This document shows, piece after piece, positions 1 through 8,153 of a stretch of DNA of 20,000 nucleotides. Under the pieces are notes generated by a model that was not told where the DNA came from, ran no database searches, and saw nothing but the letters and a program-made list of their open reading frames with translations. The stretch is from IMG/VR virus record IMGVR_UViG_3300037466_003063, one strand, 5' to 3'. Numbering within the stretch: the stretch's first letter is position 1; every line of letters begins with the position of its first letter. The position numbers were made by a program, and so were the translations under genes. Source of the DNA: an uncultured virus (IMG/VR IMGVR_UViG_3300037466_003063). Its lineage: Duplodnaviria > Heunggongvirae > Uroviricota > Caudoviricetes.

Positions 1-3
1 CGC

Positions 4-417
4 TTGGCCGAGGAATTTGCCGCTGGCTATACGCCGGGTCGCGGGCAGTCGCTTATGGACTTGCTCGAAGAAGCATTCCTGTGGCTGCGAGAACGGTCAA
101 TCCCGGAAGCCCTCTCCTCACTTCCTCAATCAGATGATCGAGAATTGGTGGAGCGGTTATCGCGGCTTGATATGCGACAGGTTGATGCACCTGTTGTGAT
201 TGCTGAAGCGAAGTCACGCCTTCTCCAGCTATCCAGAGATGTGGATTTACTGCGAGAGGTGCTTGAGCGCATCCAGAAAGAGGACACGCGAACCGAGCGA
301 ACGCCGCACTTGTCTTATGCCGACGACCGCGAGTTGTGGACTGAACGCAAGATCGAAGGCCGTTGTGCGAAGATAGCTCGCGAAGCGCGTGCCGCAGTAT
401 CGTCTGGGACAACATGA
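4..417 (+). CDS. Hypothetical protein, probably 5'-truncated by the window edge
   Basis: Open frame from the window start. Its TGA (415-417) overlaps the ATG of the next ORF (ATGA coupling). Confidence 0.6.
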   Translation: MAEEFAAGYTPGRGQSLMDLLEEAFLWLRERSIPEALSSLPQSDDRELVERLSRLDMRQVDAPVVIAEAKSRLLQLSRDVDLLREVLERIQKEDTRTERTPHLSYADDRELWTERKIEGRCAKIAREARAAVSSGTT

Positions 418-788
418 GCATCCTCATTTCCCTGATCTCGGGCGGGGCAGCCATGCTGGCGAGCAGCTGGTTCGCTGCGAAACTCGTTCCAGAGCCGAAA
501 AACAGCGTGCCGATTCCCCATCCGGAGCCGCCGTCGCTCTGGGAACCTGGCAGCACGGCATTCTGGCTGGATCCGGACCTATGGAATCGCACGCCTGAGA
601 TCGACGACCGACTCGACATCTGCTGGATGCATCTCGATGGACCGATCCTGCGCCGCGAAGCCGTCGCCGGCAGACCGCTTCAGGTGATGTGGGGAACCCT
701 GCGCCGCGAAATGCAGGTTCAGACGGTGTGGACGGACATCTACGGAAAACATCATCTGCCGCCGCCAGTTGACGGCGTAAGGCTTTGA
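414..788 (+). CDS. Hypothetical protein with N-terminal membrane anchor (124 aa)
   Basis: ATG 414 is coupled to the upstream stop. Hydrophobic N-terminus MSILISLISGGAAMLASSWFAAK. Confidence 0.65.
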   Translation: MSILISLISGGAAMLASSWFAAKLVPEPKNSVPIPHPEPPSLWEPGSTAFWLDPDLWNRTPEIDDRLDICWMHLDGPILRREAVAGRPLQVMWGTLRREMQVQTVWTDIYGKHHLPPPVDGVRL

Positions 789-803
789 GTTCAGGCTAAT
801 GCA

Positions 804-1127
804 ATGGTGATCGCGTATATTATCGCGCTTCAATTTGCCGCCGATCCGCTCGACCAGGCGAAGGCCGCATACGAGCAGTGCGTCACTGCAGAAGCGGTTC
901 ACCTCGGTGCCGATAATCAGGAAAGCGCCGACACGATTCTTCGGGCGGTGAGGTTCAAATGCGAACCCGAGTGGCAGCAACTGGCGGCCACGTTCCCGAG
1001 CGGCACCGGCGTGTTCATCGCGGAACAGGCACGATCGCGCGCTCTGGCGAAGTGGCATTCGGATGCGGAAGGCGCTGCGGTTGCGGCGTTGCTTTCAGTC
1101 CGTTTACAGCGCCAGGGGCGTAGGTAG
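804..1127 (+). CDS. Small, probably secreted hypothetical protein
   Basis: Short hydrophobic leader (MVIAYIIALQFAA), helical body with two Cys. Confidence 0.65.
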   Translation: MVIAYIIALQFAADPLDQAKAAYEQCVTAEAVHLGADNQESADTILRAVRFKCEPEWQQLAATFPSGTGVFIAEQARSRALAKWHSDAEGAAVAALLSVRLQRQGRR

Positions 1128-1134
1128 GACTGCT

Positions 1135-1290
1135 TCACTGCCCCATCGCACCGGAACTGAACATCATCTCGTTGGCGATCACGGCAATCATGCCCCATAA
1201 GAACATGACTACGACGGGCGCCACCATCCATTTTTCAGGAGGCCACTCCTCGGTGACGCGTGCGATCGTCGGGAATAAACGTTTAAACAC
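1135..1290 (-). CDS. Putative small single-TM protein (51 aa, MFKRLFPTIARVTEEWPPEKWMVAPVVVMFLWGMIAVIANEMMFSSGAMGQ)
   Basis: Hand-translated, below the ORF-track cutoff. GTG start, one hydrophobic segment, fills the gap between two + strand genes. No clear RBS. Confidence 0.35.
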   Translation of the reverse strand: MFKRLFPTIARVTEEWPPEKWMVAPVVVMFLWGMIAVIANEMMFSSGAMGQ

Positions 1291-1389
1291 AACGCTTCTT
1301 AACGAAGATTAAGCAGCACGCCAACAGGGCAGAAAATTTGACCTGGATAGCAGTTGAAACTACACTCCAAAGTGGAAAGGAGTGAGATT

Positions 1390-1578
1390 ATGCTGCAGAC
1401 CGTCATCAACGATGTGATCGCCCAGGCTCGCCTGCGGATCGAGACTCGCGTGTCGACTGCCGAAGACGAAATCGTCGCCATCGGCAAGGAGCTTTCGGCG
1501 CGTATCAGGAAGCGTGCTCTGCTTTCCGTCGCCGTCACCGCCGTCATCAGTTTCGCGCTCGGTGCGATTCTGTTTTAA
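1390..1578 (+). CDS. Small protein with C-terminal TM helix (62 aa)
   Basis: RBS AAAGGAG before ATG 1390. Helical N-terminus and C-terminal ALLSVAVTAVISFALGAILF. Confidence 0.7.
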   Translation: MLQTVINDVIAQARLRIETRVSTAEDEIVAIGKELSARIRKRALLSVAVTAVISFALGAILF

Positions 1579-1597
1579 TTGCGGTTTCAATAAACGG

Positions 1598-1626
1598 TTG
1601 ACGTAGTCACGACTCGTCTGTAGTCA
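1598..1626 (+). promoter_or_regulatory. Sigma70-like promoter for the non-coding region
   Basis: TTGACG (1598-1603), 17 nt spacer, TAGTCA (1621-1626). Overlapped by operator-like TCAATAAACGGTTGA (1587-1601). Confidence 0.65.
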
Positions 1627-1632
1627 ACCGAA

Positions 1633-2300
1633 TCAGTCGGTGGCGACGGGAAGCATGGTAAGCCGGAGAGGGGTTGCAAACCCTCAAAGGAGCCGCCCGA
1701 GACCCGCTTGGCCCGAGGTCTGGTTGCGATATATCGGGCAGAGAGAATCATCTTCCGGCGGCGGCCGGAACACCGACAACGAGTTTGGGGACCGGTTACT
1801 TCCGCTCTGCAGAGAGGGAGCGATGGCCCAAATAAGCGAGGCTCTACGGCTCGCAGGACGATGCAGTTCTGCTTGCCGGACATGCGGAGTGGCCGTGCCG
1901 CAGCTTCGACGAAGAACCCCCTCGGCGGGATCCTGCATCGGGTCGGCTGCCGAGGGGAGCGGTGACACCTGCGAGGCGGGGAGTGCTGCTGCTCTGGGAT
2001 GGACGCACGGATCTGCGTTCGCCACACTAAGGAGTCGGCAGGATCCCACTCCCCTTCTCGCAGGTGAGCGCCGGCAGCGGGGTGGAGACTCAGCCTCGCA
2101 AGCGCTTAGGAGCATGACAGCCGGTAAATGCTCCCGCGAGTGGACCGTGAACGAGGGTGCTCCTGGCGTCCGACAGTCCTCATCCAGGTAGGGGAACGGC
2201 GAGTTCGGCCAAGGCGGTCTGTTGCGTCTTAGCCGGTTTCCTCGTCGGCCTCTGCTCGAAGCCCCGCCGGTCAACGCATGACACCGGCGGGGCTTTTCTG
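1633..2300 (+). ncRNA. Candidate large structured non-coding RNA (~650 nt), family unassigned
   Basis: Bounded by a promoter and an intrinsic terminator, with no credible ORF. Many helices: 1636-1642/1771-1777, 1695-1700/1734-1739, 1753-1759/1764-1770, 1784-1789/1827-1832, 1918-1926/1949-1957, 1966-1975/2057-2066, 1978-1985/2047-2054, 2109-2115/2128-2134. Confidence 0.7.
2259..2300 (+). terminator. Intrinsic terminator
   Basis: 13 bp stem AAGCCCCGCCGGT (2259-2271)/ACCGGCGGGGCTT (2283-2295) followed by TTCTGTT. Confidence 0.85.
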
Positions 2301-2370
2301 TTAGAAACCGCAGAACCAACGTAGTTGATTCGGGAAGGGACTGTCAGTGGCAGCTGATGGTCCCTTTTTT

Positions 2371-4980
2371 CTATACCCCGAACAGGTCGATCCCCATCTT
2401 GATGCGGTACGCTTCTTCATCACCGCGGTAGTAGAGCCGCTGCTGGCCGTAGGTCTTGTGCCGGTAGCGCTCGCCCCAACAGAACCATCCCGGTACGAGC
2501 CGCATCGCGCGGCCGAGCGTCTGCGCCGCCTGCTGGTTGTACGATTTCGCGTCCGAGCCGAGGCATTCGACCCAGATTTCGACCAGGCAGGTTTCGTCGC
2601 GCGGCTTGGCCGGTCCTTCGTCGTCCATTCCGCCGGTCGACACAGGGCGATCAAGCCATGCAGCGATCCTGCCAGCGAGTGCGTCGTCCGCGGATTCGAC
2701 CCGAGCAGACTCCTGCCGCCGTGCGGCAATCACCTTGGCTTCTTCGTCGTCGAGATAGAGCGGCAGCGTGCCACGTGGCTGCACCGAGCGCATCTGGCGG
2801 TAAATCGCCACCGCCTCGGCCCAAAGCTGGTCGACTTCGCGCTCCAGACGGTCGGTATCGATTTCCTCGACGTGGCAGCTGACCGGCCAGTAGCGGCGAC
2901 CGCCGGTGTCGTCCTTCAGGTAGCGGTCGTCGTTGGTCGAACCGATGAAGATGCACTGCCGGTCGTACTGCTCGGCGCGGCGGTTGTAGGCGAGGCGAAC
3001 CTTGTCGGTGCGGCGGCTGATGAACGCCTTGATGTGGCGAACGTCAGCGCGGGCGAAGCCGGAAAGCTCGGGGATTTCGAGGATCCATGCTCCCTGCATC
3101 AACTCGACCATCTGCTTGGCGTCCTCGAAGTCGCCGTCGAGTTCGGCGAACCAGCTTTTCGCGAGGATCGAGATGAAGGTCGATTTGCGCTTGCCCTGCA
3201 GACCTTCGAGAATCACCGCGAAGTCGAACTTGTGACCTGGCTCGAACACGCGGGTCACGCCGGCGGTGAGCATCAGCCGAGCTACAGACCGGTGGTAGGC
3301 GTCGTCGGGCGCCCCGACATATTCCACGAAAAGGCGCTCGATTCGCTCGGTTCCGTCCCACTGCAGACCGGAGAGATATTCCCGAACGGGGTGAAAGGCG
3401 TTCTTACGACCAGCGATGTTGATCGCTGCACGTAAATCTCGGTCGGGAACCTTGATCCCATAACCGCCCTGAGTTTCCGGAGCTTCGATGAGCGCCCTGA
3501 TCGCATCGTCCTTGTCCTCGGTCCAGAAGTCCCCGTTGATCGTGTCCCGAAGCACCCATGACGGGCCTTCCAACTGCAGCGGCTGCTTCGCCTGGTTCTT
3601 CCGCTTCGGGTTTTTACGACCCGGCTGGCCGCGCTGCACGATTTCCTTGGTGAACTCGTTGTAGGAAGCGACGCCGCGCGTCCAGATGTCGTTCTCGACG
3701 ATCAGCCGGAGGTTGTGCAGCGTCGGCTTGAGACCGCCTTCCTCGTTGAAGTGCAACAGCGACTTCCAGTCGAGCTTGAGCGCTTCGGCGCGCTCCTCGG
3801 GAGACAGGTCTAGCGCGGCGAGGTCGTCATCTTCGATGAGTTCGTCGAAGTCGCTGGATTCCCCCTCAAGCTCGTCGAAATCGCTTGCCTCACTGCTTTT
3901 CTCAGGCGCCCGTGCAAGCTCGTCAAAGTCGCTCGCATCTCCGGCGTCATCCGAATCGAAACTATCATCGGTGGGTGCCTCCTCGAAGTCGTCGAACTGG
4001 TCGCGCAGCGCCGCGGCACGCGCATCCGCGGCCCATTGCCGAACGGTCGCCATTGTCACCGGCTGGCGGCGGTTGCGGCCGAACCCGCGCCACTTCTTGC
4101 GCATCTCACGCAAGCCAGCCTTGGTGTCGTCGAACTTCTCCGAGCGCTTCGACTGCTCGACCCAGAGATCGAAGCCGGCATCGCTCGCACCGAACTGGTG
4201 GTGGAGCGCCTGCCCGAGCGTCACCCAATCGTGATAATCGTCTAAGCGCTCGACCGGCAGCGACTCAAGGTCGCGCTCCATCTGACCCGGCTTGAAGGTC
4301 AGTGGCTCTCGCGTCTCGAATTCATACTCTGCGGTTTCAGCGGCGCCGAGCGATTCGATGACGTTCGCGGGAATGTGATGCACCTCGACGCCGAACAGCA
4401 TCGAATCGAGGTCGAACGGCCGTTCCCAGACGTACGGTTTGCCGGTGTCGGGATGAATCGAGGGCGGCATCGCGACATGCTTGCCCGTACCGAAAAGTTC
4501 GATTTCCCAATCGTACGACCAGACCTCTTTCTTCCGGTCGTGGTCATAGCGCCGGTGCTTGCCCTCGCTGACCGCGAGCTTCTTGCCGAAGAAGGGCTTG
4601 TCGGTCGTGAAATAGAGGTGCCGTGATTCGCCGCCTGACCCTGACTGGACCGAGGGCAGCGCCTTTACATCGACACCGGGCAGCAGCTTGGCGAGCGCTT
4701 CCCGCGCTTCCTCGGCACATTCCGCGATGCGGATGTCCATGTCGATGACAAGCAGATAGTCGCCGTTGACCAGATGCGACGGTTCACCGAGTCGCACGCC
4801 AAGATTGTTGCCGCGCGCGTGCGTCGACCGGAGCGTGTCGAGCGACGCGACGGCGCGTTCCGACCAATCGTTGCCGATCGGCCGCTTGGTGCGCGGATGC
4901 AGCCAATGACAGGCGAAGCCCGCATCGCGCAGCGGCCCGATGGCCGCGAGGACAGAATTATCGTGCGGATCGGTGCTCAT
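2371..4980 (-). CDS. Primase-helicase: N-terminal Prim-Pol domain, PriCT-2, acidic linker, C-terminal VirE/VapE-type P-loop helicase
   Basis: Prim-pol motifs NLGVRLG, VIDMD, SRHLYF, VAMPPSIHPDTG. PriCT-2-like YHDWVTLGQALH. Walker A GLQGKRKST and FIGSTNDDRYLKDDTGGRRYWP. Confidence 0.92.
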   Translation of the reverse strand: MSTDPHDNSVLAAIGPLRDAGFACHWLHPRTKRPIGNDWSERAVASLDTLRSTHARGNNLGVRLGEPSHLVNGDYLLVIDMDIRIAECAEEAREALAKLLPGVDVKALPSVQSGSGGESRHLYFTTDKPFFGKKLAVSEGKHRRYDHDRKKEVWSYDWEIELFGTGKHVAMPPSIHPDTGKPYVWERPFDLDSMLFGVEVHHIPANVIESLGAAETAEYEFETREPLTFKPGQMERDLESLPVERLDDYHDWVTLGQALHHQFGASDAGFDLWVEQSKRSEKFDDTKAGLREMRKKWRGFGRNRRQPVTMATVRQWAADARAAALRDQFDDFEEAPTDDSFDSDDAGDASDFDELARAPEKSSEASDFDELEGESSDFDELIEDDDLAALDLSPEERAEALKLDWKSLLHFNEEGGLKPTLHNLRLIVENDIWTRGVASYNEFTKEIVQRGQPGRKNPKRKNQAKQPLQLEGPSWVLRDTINGDFWTEDKDDAIRALIEAPETQGGYGIKVPDRDLRAAINIAGRKNAFHPVREYLSGLQWDGTERIERLFVEYVGAPDDAYHRSVARLMLTAGVTRVFEPGHKFDFAVILEGLQGKRKSTFISILAKSWFAELDGDFEDAKQMVELMQGAWILEIPELSGFARADVRHIKAFISRRTDKVRLAYNRRAEQYDRQCIFIGSTNDDRYLKDDTGGRRYWPVSCHVEEIDTDRLEREVDQLWAEAVAIYRQMRSVQPRGTLPLYLDDEEAKVIAARRQESARVESADDALAGRIAAWLDRPVSTGGMDDEGPAKPRDETCLVEIWVECLGSDAKSYNQQAAQTLGRAMRLVPGWFCWGERYRHKTYGQQRLYYRGDEEAYRIKMGIDLFGV

Positions 4981-5021
4981 TCTTCACGTTGCGCCTTGAA
5001 AGAGATTGACGAGCAAGGCGC

Positions 5022-5321
5022 TCAGAAGAATGGGCAGAAGTCCTCGAACACTGGCGGCGCTCGATCGACCGCGGCGAGCGCGGCGACATTGTCCGGCTGA
5101 TTGGCGACTCGGACCATCTCTCGCGCGTTGTCGGGAGTGACCTTGCCCTGGCGGAGCCACTTGTAGATCGCCTCGTGCGACTTGCCGAGATCGCCTTTCA
5201 GCCTCTGCACGTCGAGCACGCCGAGGGTCGTGCGGTAGGTCGGAAAAATGCCAAGCAGCATGTTGTAAAGCGCGCCGGCGGCCCAATCGGGACGGCCGGG
5301 AATGCGGGTCTGGACGGTCAT
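5022..5321 (-). CDS. Cro-like HTH DNA-binding protein (99 aa)
   Basis: Start reassigned to ATG 5321 (RBS GAAGGAG). HTH-like VQRLKGDLGKSHEAIYKWLRQGKV. Sits at the divergent promoter upstream of the primase. Confidence 0.75.
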   Translation of the reverse strand: MTVQTRIPGRPDWAAGALYNMLLGIFPTYRTTLGVLDVQRLKGDLGKSHEAIYKWLRQGKVTPDNAREMVRVANQPDNVAALAAVDRAPPVFEDFCPFF

Positions 5322-5479
5322 GGTCGCTCCTTCGTTCGCGGCGAACCTATGCGGAAGCGATGTGGAAATCAACCGTTTAGTGTTTCTGTCACCAAAGGGT
5401 TGAAACGTCGCGGCGGCTGTGCCACAAAATGCGCGACTCGCCGACATGGCCGTCACGGACCAACACGAAGGGACCATCA
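5322..5479. promoter_or_regulatory. Divergent control region with two operator-like sites
   Basis: Intergenic gap between divergent operons. Contains TCAACCGTTTAGTGT (5369-5383) and TCACCAAAGGGTTGA (5389-5403). Confidence 0.6.
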
Positions 5480-6049
5480 ATGAGCCTCGAAGAAAGACTC
5501 GCAGAAAACACTGCGGCGCTGAACCGCAACAGCGACCTGCTGGAGCGCGTCGTGGCCGGCCAGGAAGCCGCCATGGCGAAACTCGAATCGAACAGCGGCA
5601 GCGGTCGCAAGCGTTCGACGAAGAAGGACGAACCGGCGGCAGGTGATTCGTCGGGAAACGCAGGCAACGAGCCTGCCGACACGGGATCGCAGGAGGGCGC
5701 TGCCGCAGCTGCGTCTGAACCTGAAGTCACCACGCAAACCGTCGCCGACATCGCGCAAGGCATCACCAGCGAAGCGCAGATGAAGGAATATGTTTCGGCC
5801 TGGACCGGTGGAACCGAGGATCAGGATGAGCGTGCCAAGCGTGTCGGCTTGCTGAAGGCGATCGCCGGCAAGCTCGGCGTCTCCCCGAATTTCGCGTCAC
5901 TTACGCCGCACGCCGCCAAGACGGTCTTCTTCATCGAGCGCGCGAAGGCTCTCGGTGTCGACGAAGTCGATGTGGAAGCCGCCTACGACTTCGACGGGGA
6001 TCCCGCCCAAACCGTTGCCGCCGCCGCGCCGGCGAGCGACTTCGAGTAA
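5480..6049 (+). CDS. Phage hypothetical protein (189 aa), first gene of the replication operon
   Basis: ATG 5480 after GAAGGGACC. Coiled N-terminus MSLEERLAENTAALNR, low-complexity linker, acidic C-terminus. Confidence 0.8.
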   Translation: MSLEERLAENTAALNRNSDLLERVVAGQEAAMAKLESNSGSGRKRSTKKDEPAAGDSSGNAGNEPADTGSQEGAAAAASEPEVTTQTVADIAQGITSEAQMKEYVSAWTGGTEDQDERAKRVGLLKAIAGKLGVSPNFASLTPHAAKTVFFIERAKALGVDEVDVEAAYDFDGDPAQTVAAAAPASDFE

Positions 6050-6204
6050 GCGGGACGGGCCGAGCGGTCGAACCAGGCGCGTCTTACCTCCCCTTCGCGC
6101 CGAGGCTTCGATCCAGTGAGGGTAACACCTCCCGGCCCAACCCGGCTCTCCGGCGACAGGCGGGTTTCCATCCCCTTGGCCCGCCTGTCACCCGAGCGCC
6201 GGAT

Positions 6205-6390
6205 ATGATGAACGCAAACCTGCCCAACAGGACCCTCGAAGACATTCTCGACATCGCGTTCGTGATGCGAGGTCTGCCGCGGCACGTTCGCGACATCAGC
6301 ATTCTGGAATCGGAGAATGTCGTCGACTGTCGCGACCTGTTTCTCCGGCGGAGCCGCATGGCTGAATATCTCTGCAGCGACGGCGCATGA
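6205..6390 (+). CDS. Small hypothetical protein
   Basis: Its stop overlaps the ATG of the HNH gene (ATGA). Confidence 0.55.
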   Translation: MMNANLPNRTLEDILDIAFVMRGLPRHVRDISILESENVVDCRDLFLRRSRMAEYLCSDGA

Positions 6391-6923
6391 GCGAAGAGTG
6401 GAGAGATATTAACGGTCACGCAGGCTACCAGGTGAGCAACCTAGGTCGCGTGAGATCACTCGATCGAGTGAAAGTCTGCCGCGGTAGATGGGGGCTGTGC
6501 AAGCGTCGCCTCAAAGGTCGAATGCTAACGACGACGCGATTTCGTAATGGGTATCTCGGTATCGTGCTAGGAAGTGGCTCTAAATCTCATTTGGTACACC
6601 GTCTGGTTGCGCAAGCGTTCATTGCAAACCCGCTCGAACTTCCAGAAGTAAATCATAAAGATGGGATTAGAAGCAACAATGTTGTCGGGAACTTGGAATG
6701 GGTAAGCAGCACCGGCAATAAATTGCATTCCTACCGAGAGTTGGGCCGGAAGCAGCACGAGTGGACAATTCCTGTCGCACTTGTTGGCGGGTCTGAAAGA
6801 TTGGAATTTCCGTCAGAGTTGGCAGCTGCAAAGCATCTCGGCGTGGACGCCGGAAGTATTCGTTCCGCCCTAAAGCGAGATCATTGCTGCAGAGGTTGGC
6901 GCGTTGAAAGGATTGCGGCGTGA
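6387..6923 (+). CDS. NUMOD4-HNH homing endonuclease
   Basis: NUMOD4 EEWRDINGHAGYQVSNLGRVRS; HNH core VHRLVAQAF...VNHKDGIRSNNVVGNLEW; C-terminal HTH-like FPSELAAAKHLGV. Visibly lower GC than neighbours. Confidence 0.92.
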   Translation: MSEEWRDINGHAGYQVSNLGRVRSLDRVKVCRGRWGLCKRRLKGRMLTTTRFRNGYLGIVLGSGSKSHLVHRLVAQAFIANPLELPEVNHKDGIRSNNVVGNLEWVSSTGNKLHSYRELGRKQHEWTIPVALVGGSERLEFPSELAAAKHLGVDAGSIRSALKRDHCCRGWRVERIAA

Positions 6924-8140
6924 GCGACACGCTTCGTGATCTGGAGTTATGGGAGCATTCCCCATTCGGTCCTTCTCAGGCTGAGGGTTGGTCGAATTGT
7001 CTCGATTACGTGTGGGCGAATCTCGGACTCCCCGACCTCAACTTGAAGGTGGCAGCTGAAGGAACGTTCGCGCACATCATCTCAGACGAGTGTTTGCTAC
7101 TCGGCAGCGATGCGTACGACTACATCGGTCATCGGATAAAGGTAAGCGACTGGACATTCGAGTGGACTGCTGACGACGCAGACCTGTTGCAGCCGGGAAT
7201 AGACTGGATCCGCGAACAAGGCGGAATCTTCTTTGGCGAGCAACGTGTTGACGTATCGCCTTGGACGATTCCCCATCAGCACGGCACGCTTGACCGCGCT
7301 GTTATCGTCGAGCGCGACGATGCCTGGTGGGTGATCATCGTCGATTGCAAATGGGGTAGGGGTATCCCTGTTAGTCCTGTACGCAACAAGCAGCTGGTGC
7401 TCTACGCACTCGGCTTCTGGAAAGCGCACGCGGAAAAGATTTGTGTCGGCAAACCAGTCAAGTTCCAACTCGTCATCGATCAACCCCGTTGCGGCGGCGG
7501 AGGCGGCTTCTGGGACACAACGCTCGGCGAACTGCGGGAAATAGGCTACTATCTGCGTGAGCGCGCGATGGCGAGCAGCACGATGGAGAATCCGCCGCGC
7601 AATCCGACCGAAAAGGGCTGCATGTTCTGCCGCCGCAAGCTCGCCCCAGGCGGCTGTCAGCCGTACGAGGAATGGCGCGTTCGCCTGCTCGGGCTGCGGT
7701 TCAGCGACCTCGACGTTGACGTGAGCGAAGCGCCGCTGCTCGAAACGGCGATGACTCCGCGGCGCCGCTCGTATCTGCTGCAGCACAAGGCAGGCATCGA
7801 GCGCTGGCTGGACACCCATTACGATGCTGCGCTCGATGACGCGCTCGCGGGCCGCGATGCCGGAACGATGAAGGCAGTGATCGACGGTCGCAAGGGACCG
7901 CGCGACAAGTGGAAGCATGAGGAGAGCGCCGGCGAAGTGCTCGAACAGCTTCTTGGCGACAAAAGTTTCACTAAAAAGTTGATTACTCCAAATCAGGCGT
8001 GTAAGCAGGTATCTCAAGAGGACCGGGACAAACTCGAAAATCTCATCGCCCGCGGTGAGAAGGGTCACAGCCTGGTGCCTCTGGAGGATGCTCGGCCCGC
8101 AGTGACGCGGACCGCAGCGAGCGAATTTGACGACCTCTGA
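6920..8140 (+). CDS. DUF2800-family (Cas4-like PD-(D/E)XK) phage exonuclease
   Basis: HSPFGPSQAEGWSNC, AAEGTFAH, GTLD, VDCKWGRG, NKQLVLYALG and C-terminal CMFC..C. Lies directly upstream of the DUF2815 SSB, as is typical. Confidence 0.88.
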   Translation: MSDTLRDLELWEHSPFGPSQAEGWSNCLDYVWANLGLPDLNLKVAAEGTFAHIISDECLLLGSDAYDYIGHRIKVSDWTFEWTADDADLLQPGIDWIREQGGIFFGEQRVDVSPWTIPHQHGTLDRAVIVERDDAWWVIIVDCKWGRGIPVSPVRNKQLVLYALGFWKAHAEKICVGKPVKFQLVIDQPRCGGGGGFWDTTLGELREIGYYLRERAMASSTMENPPRNPTEKGCMFCRRKLAPGGCQPYEEWRVRLLGLRFSDLDVDVSEAPLLETAMTPRRRSYLLQHKAGIERWLDTHYDAALDDALAGRDAGTMKAVIDGRKGPRDKWKHEESAGEVLEQLLGDKSFTKKLITPNQACKQVSQEDRDKLENLIARGEKGHSLVPLEDARPAVTRTAASEFDDL

Positions 8141-8153
8141 GAAGGGACCATTG

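Noticed and set aside
1299..1312. CtrA box (TTAACGAAGATTAA; similar TTAACTTTCGTTAA near 13379)
   Set aside because: Spacing is N6 rather than the canonical TTAA-N7-TTAA, so it is not supported, although host CtrA involvement is not excluded.
1640..2319. ORFs 1640-2191 (+), 1684-2319 (-), 1708-1965 (+) and 1587-2027 (-)
   Set aside because: Arg/Ser/Pro/Gly-rich translations with no motifs or clear RBS, overlapping each other and a terminator; typical spurious ORFs in GC-rich structured sequence.
1590..2370. cos site or replication origin as the explanation for the non-coding gap
   Set aside because: No iterons or AT-rich unwinding element are visible and no cos sequence is recognisable. Promoter, nested helices and terminator fit an RNA better, but read-end mapping is needed to exclude this.
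2347..3435. 362 aa ORF on the + strand
   Set aside because: Antisense shadow of the primase-helicase gene, which carries the recognisable motifs.
6050..6923. Group I intron containing the HNH gene
   Set aside because: Flanking genes appear intact with their own starts and stops, and I could not identify group I P7 core elements.
6920..8140. Cas4-like nuclease as evidence of a CRISPR-Cas system
   Set aside because: No repeat-spacer array or other cas genes; the context is the standard phage DUF2800-DUF2815 replication module.
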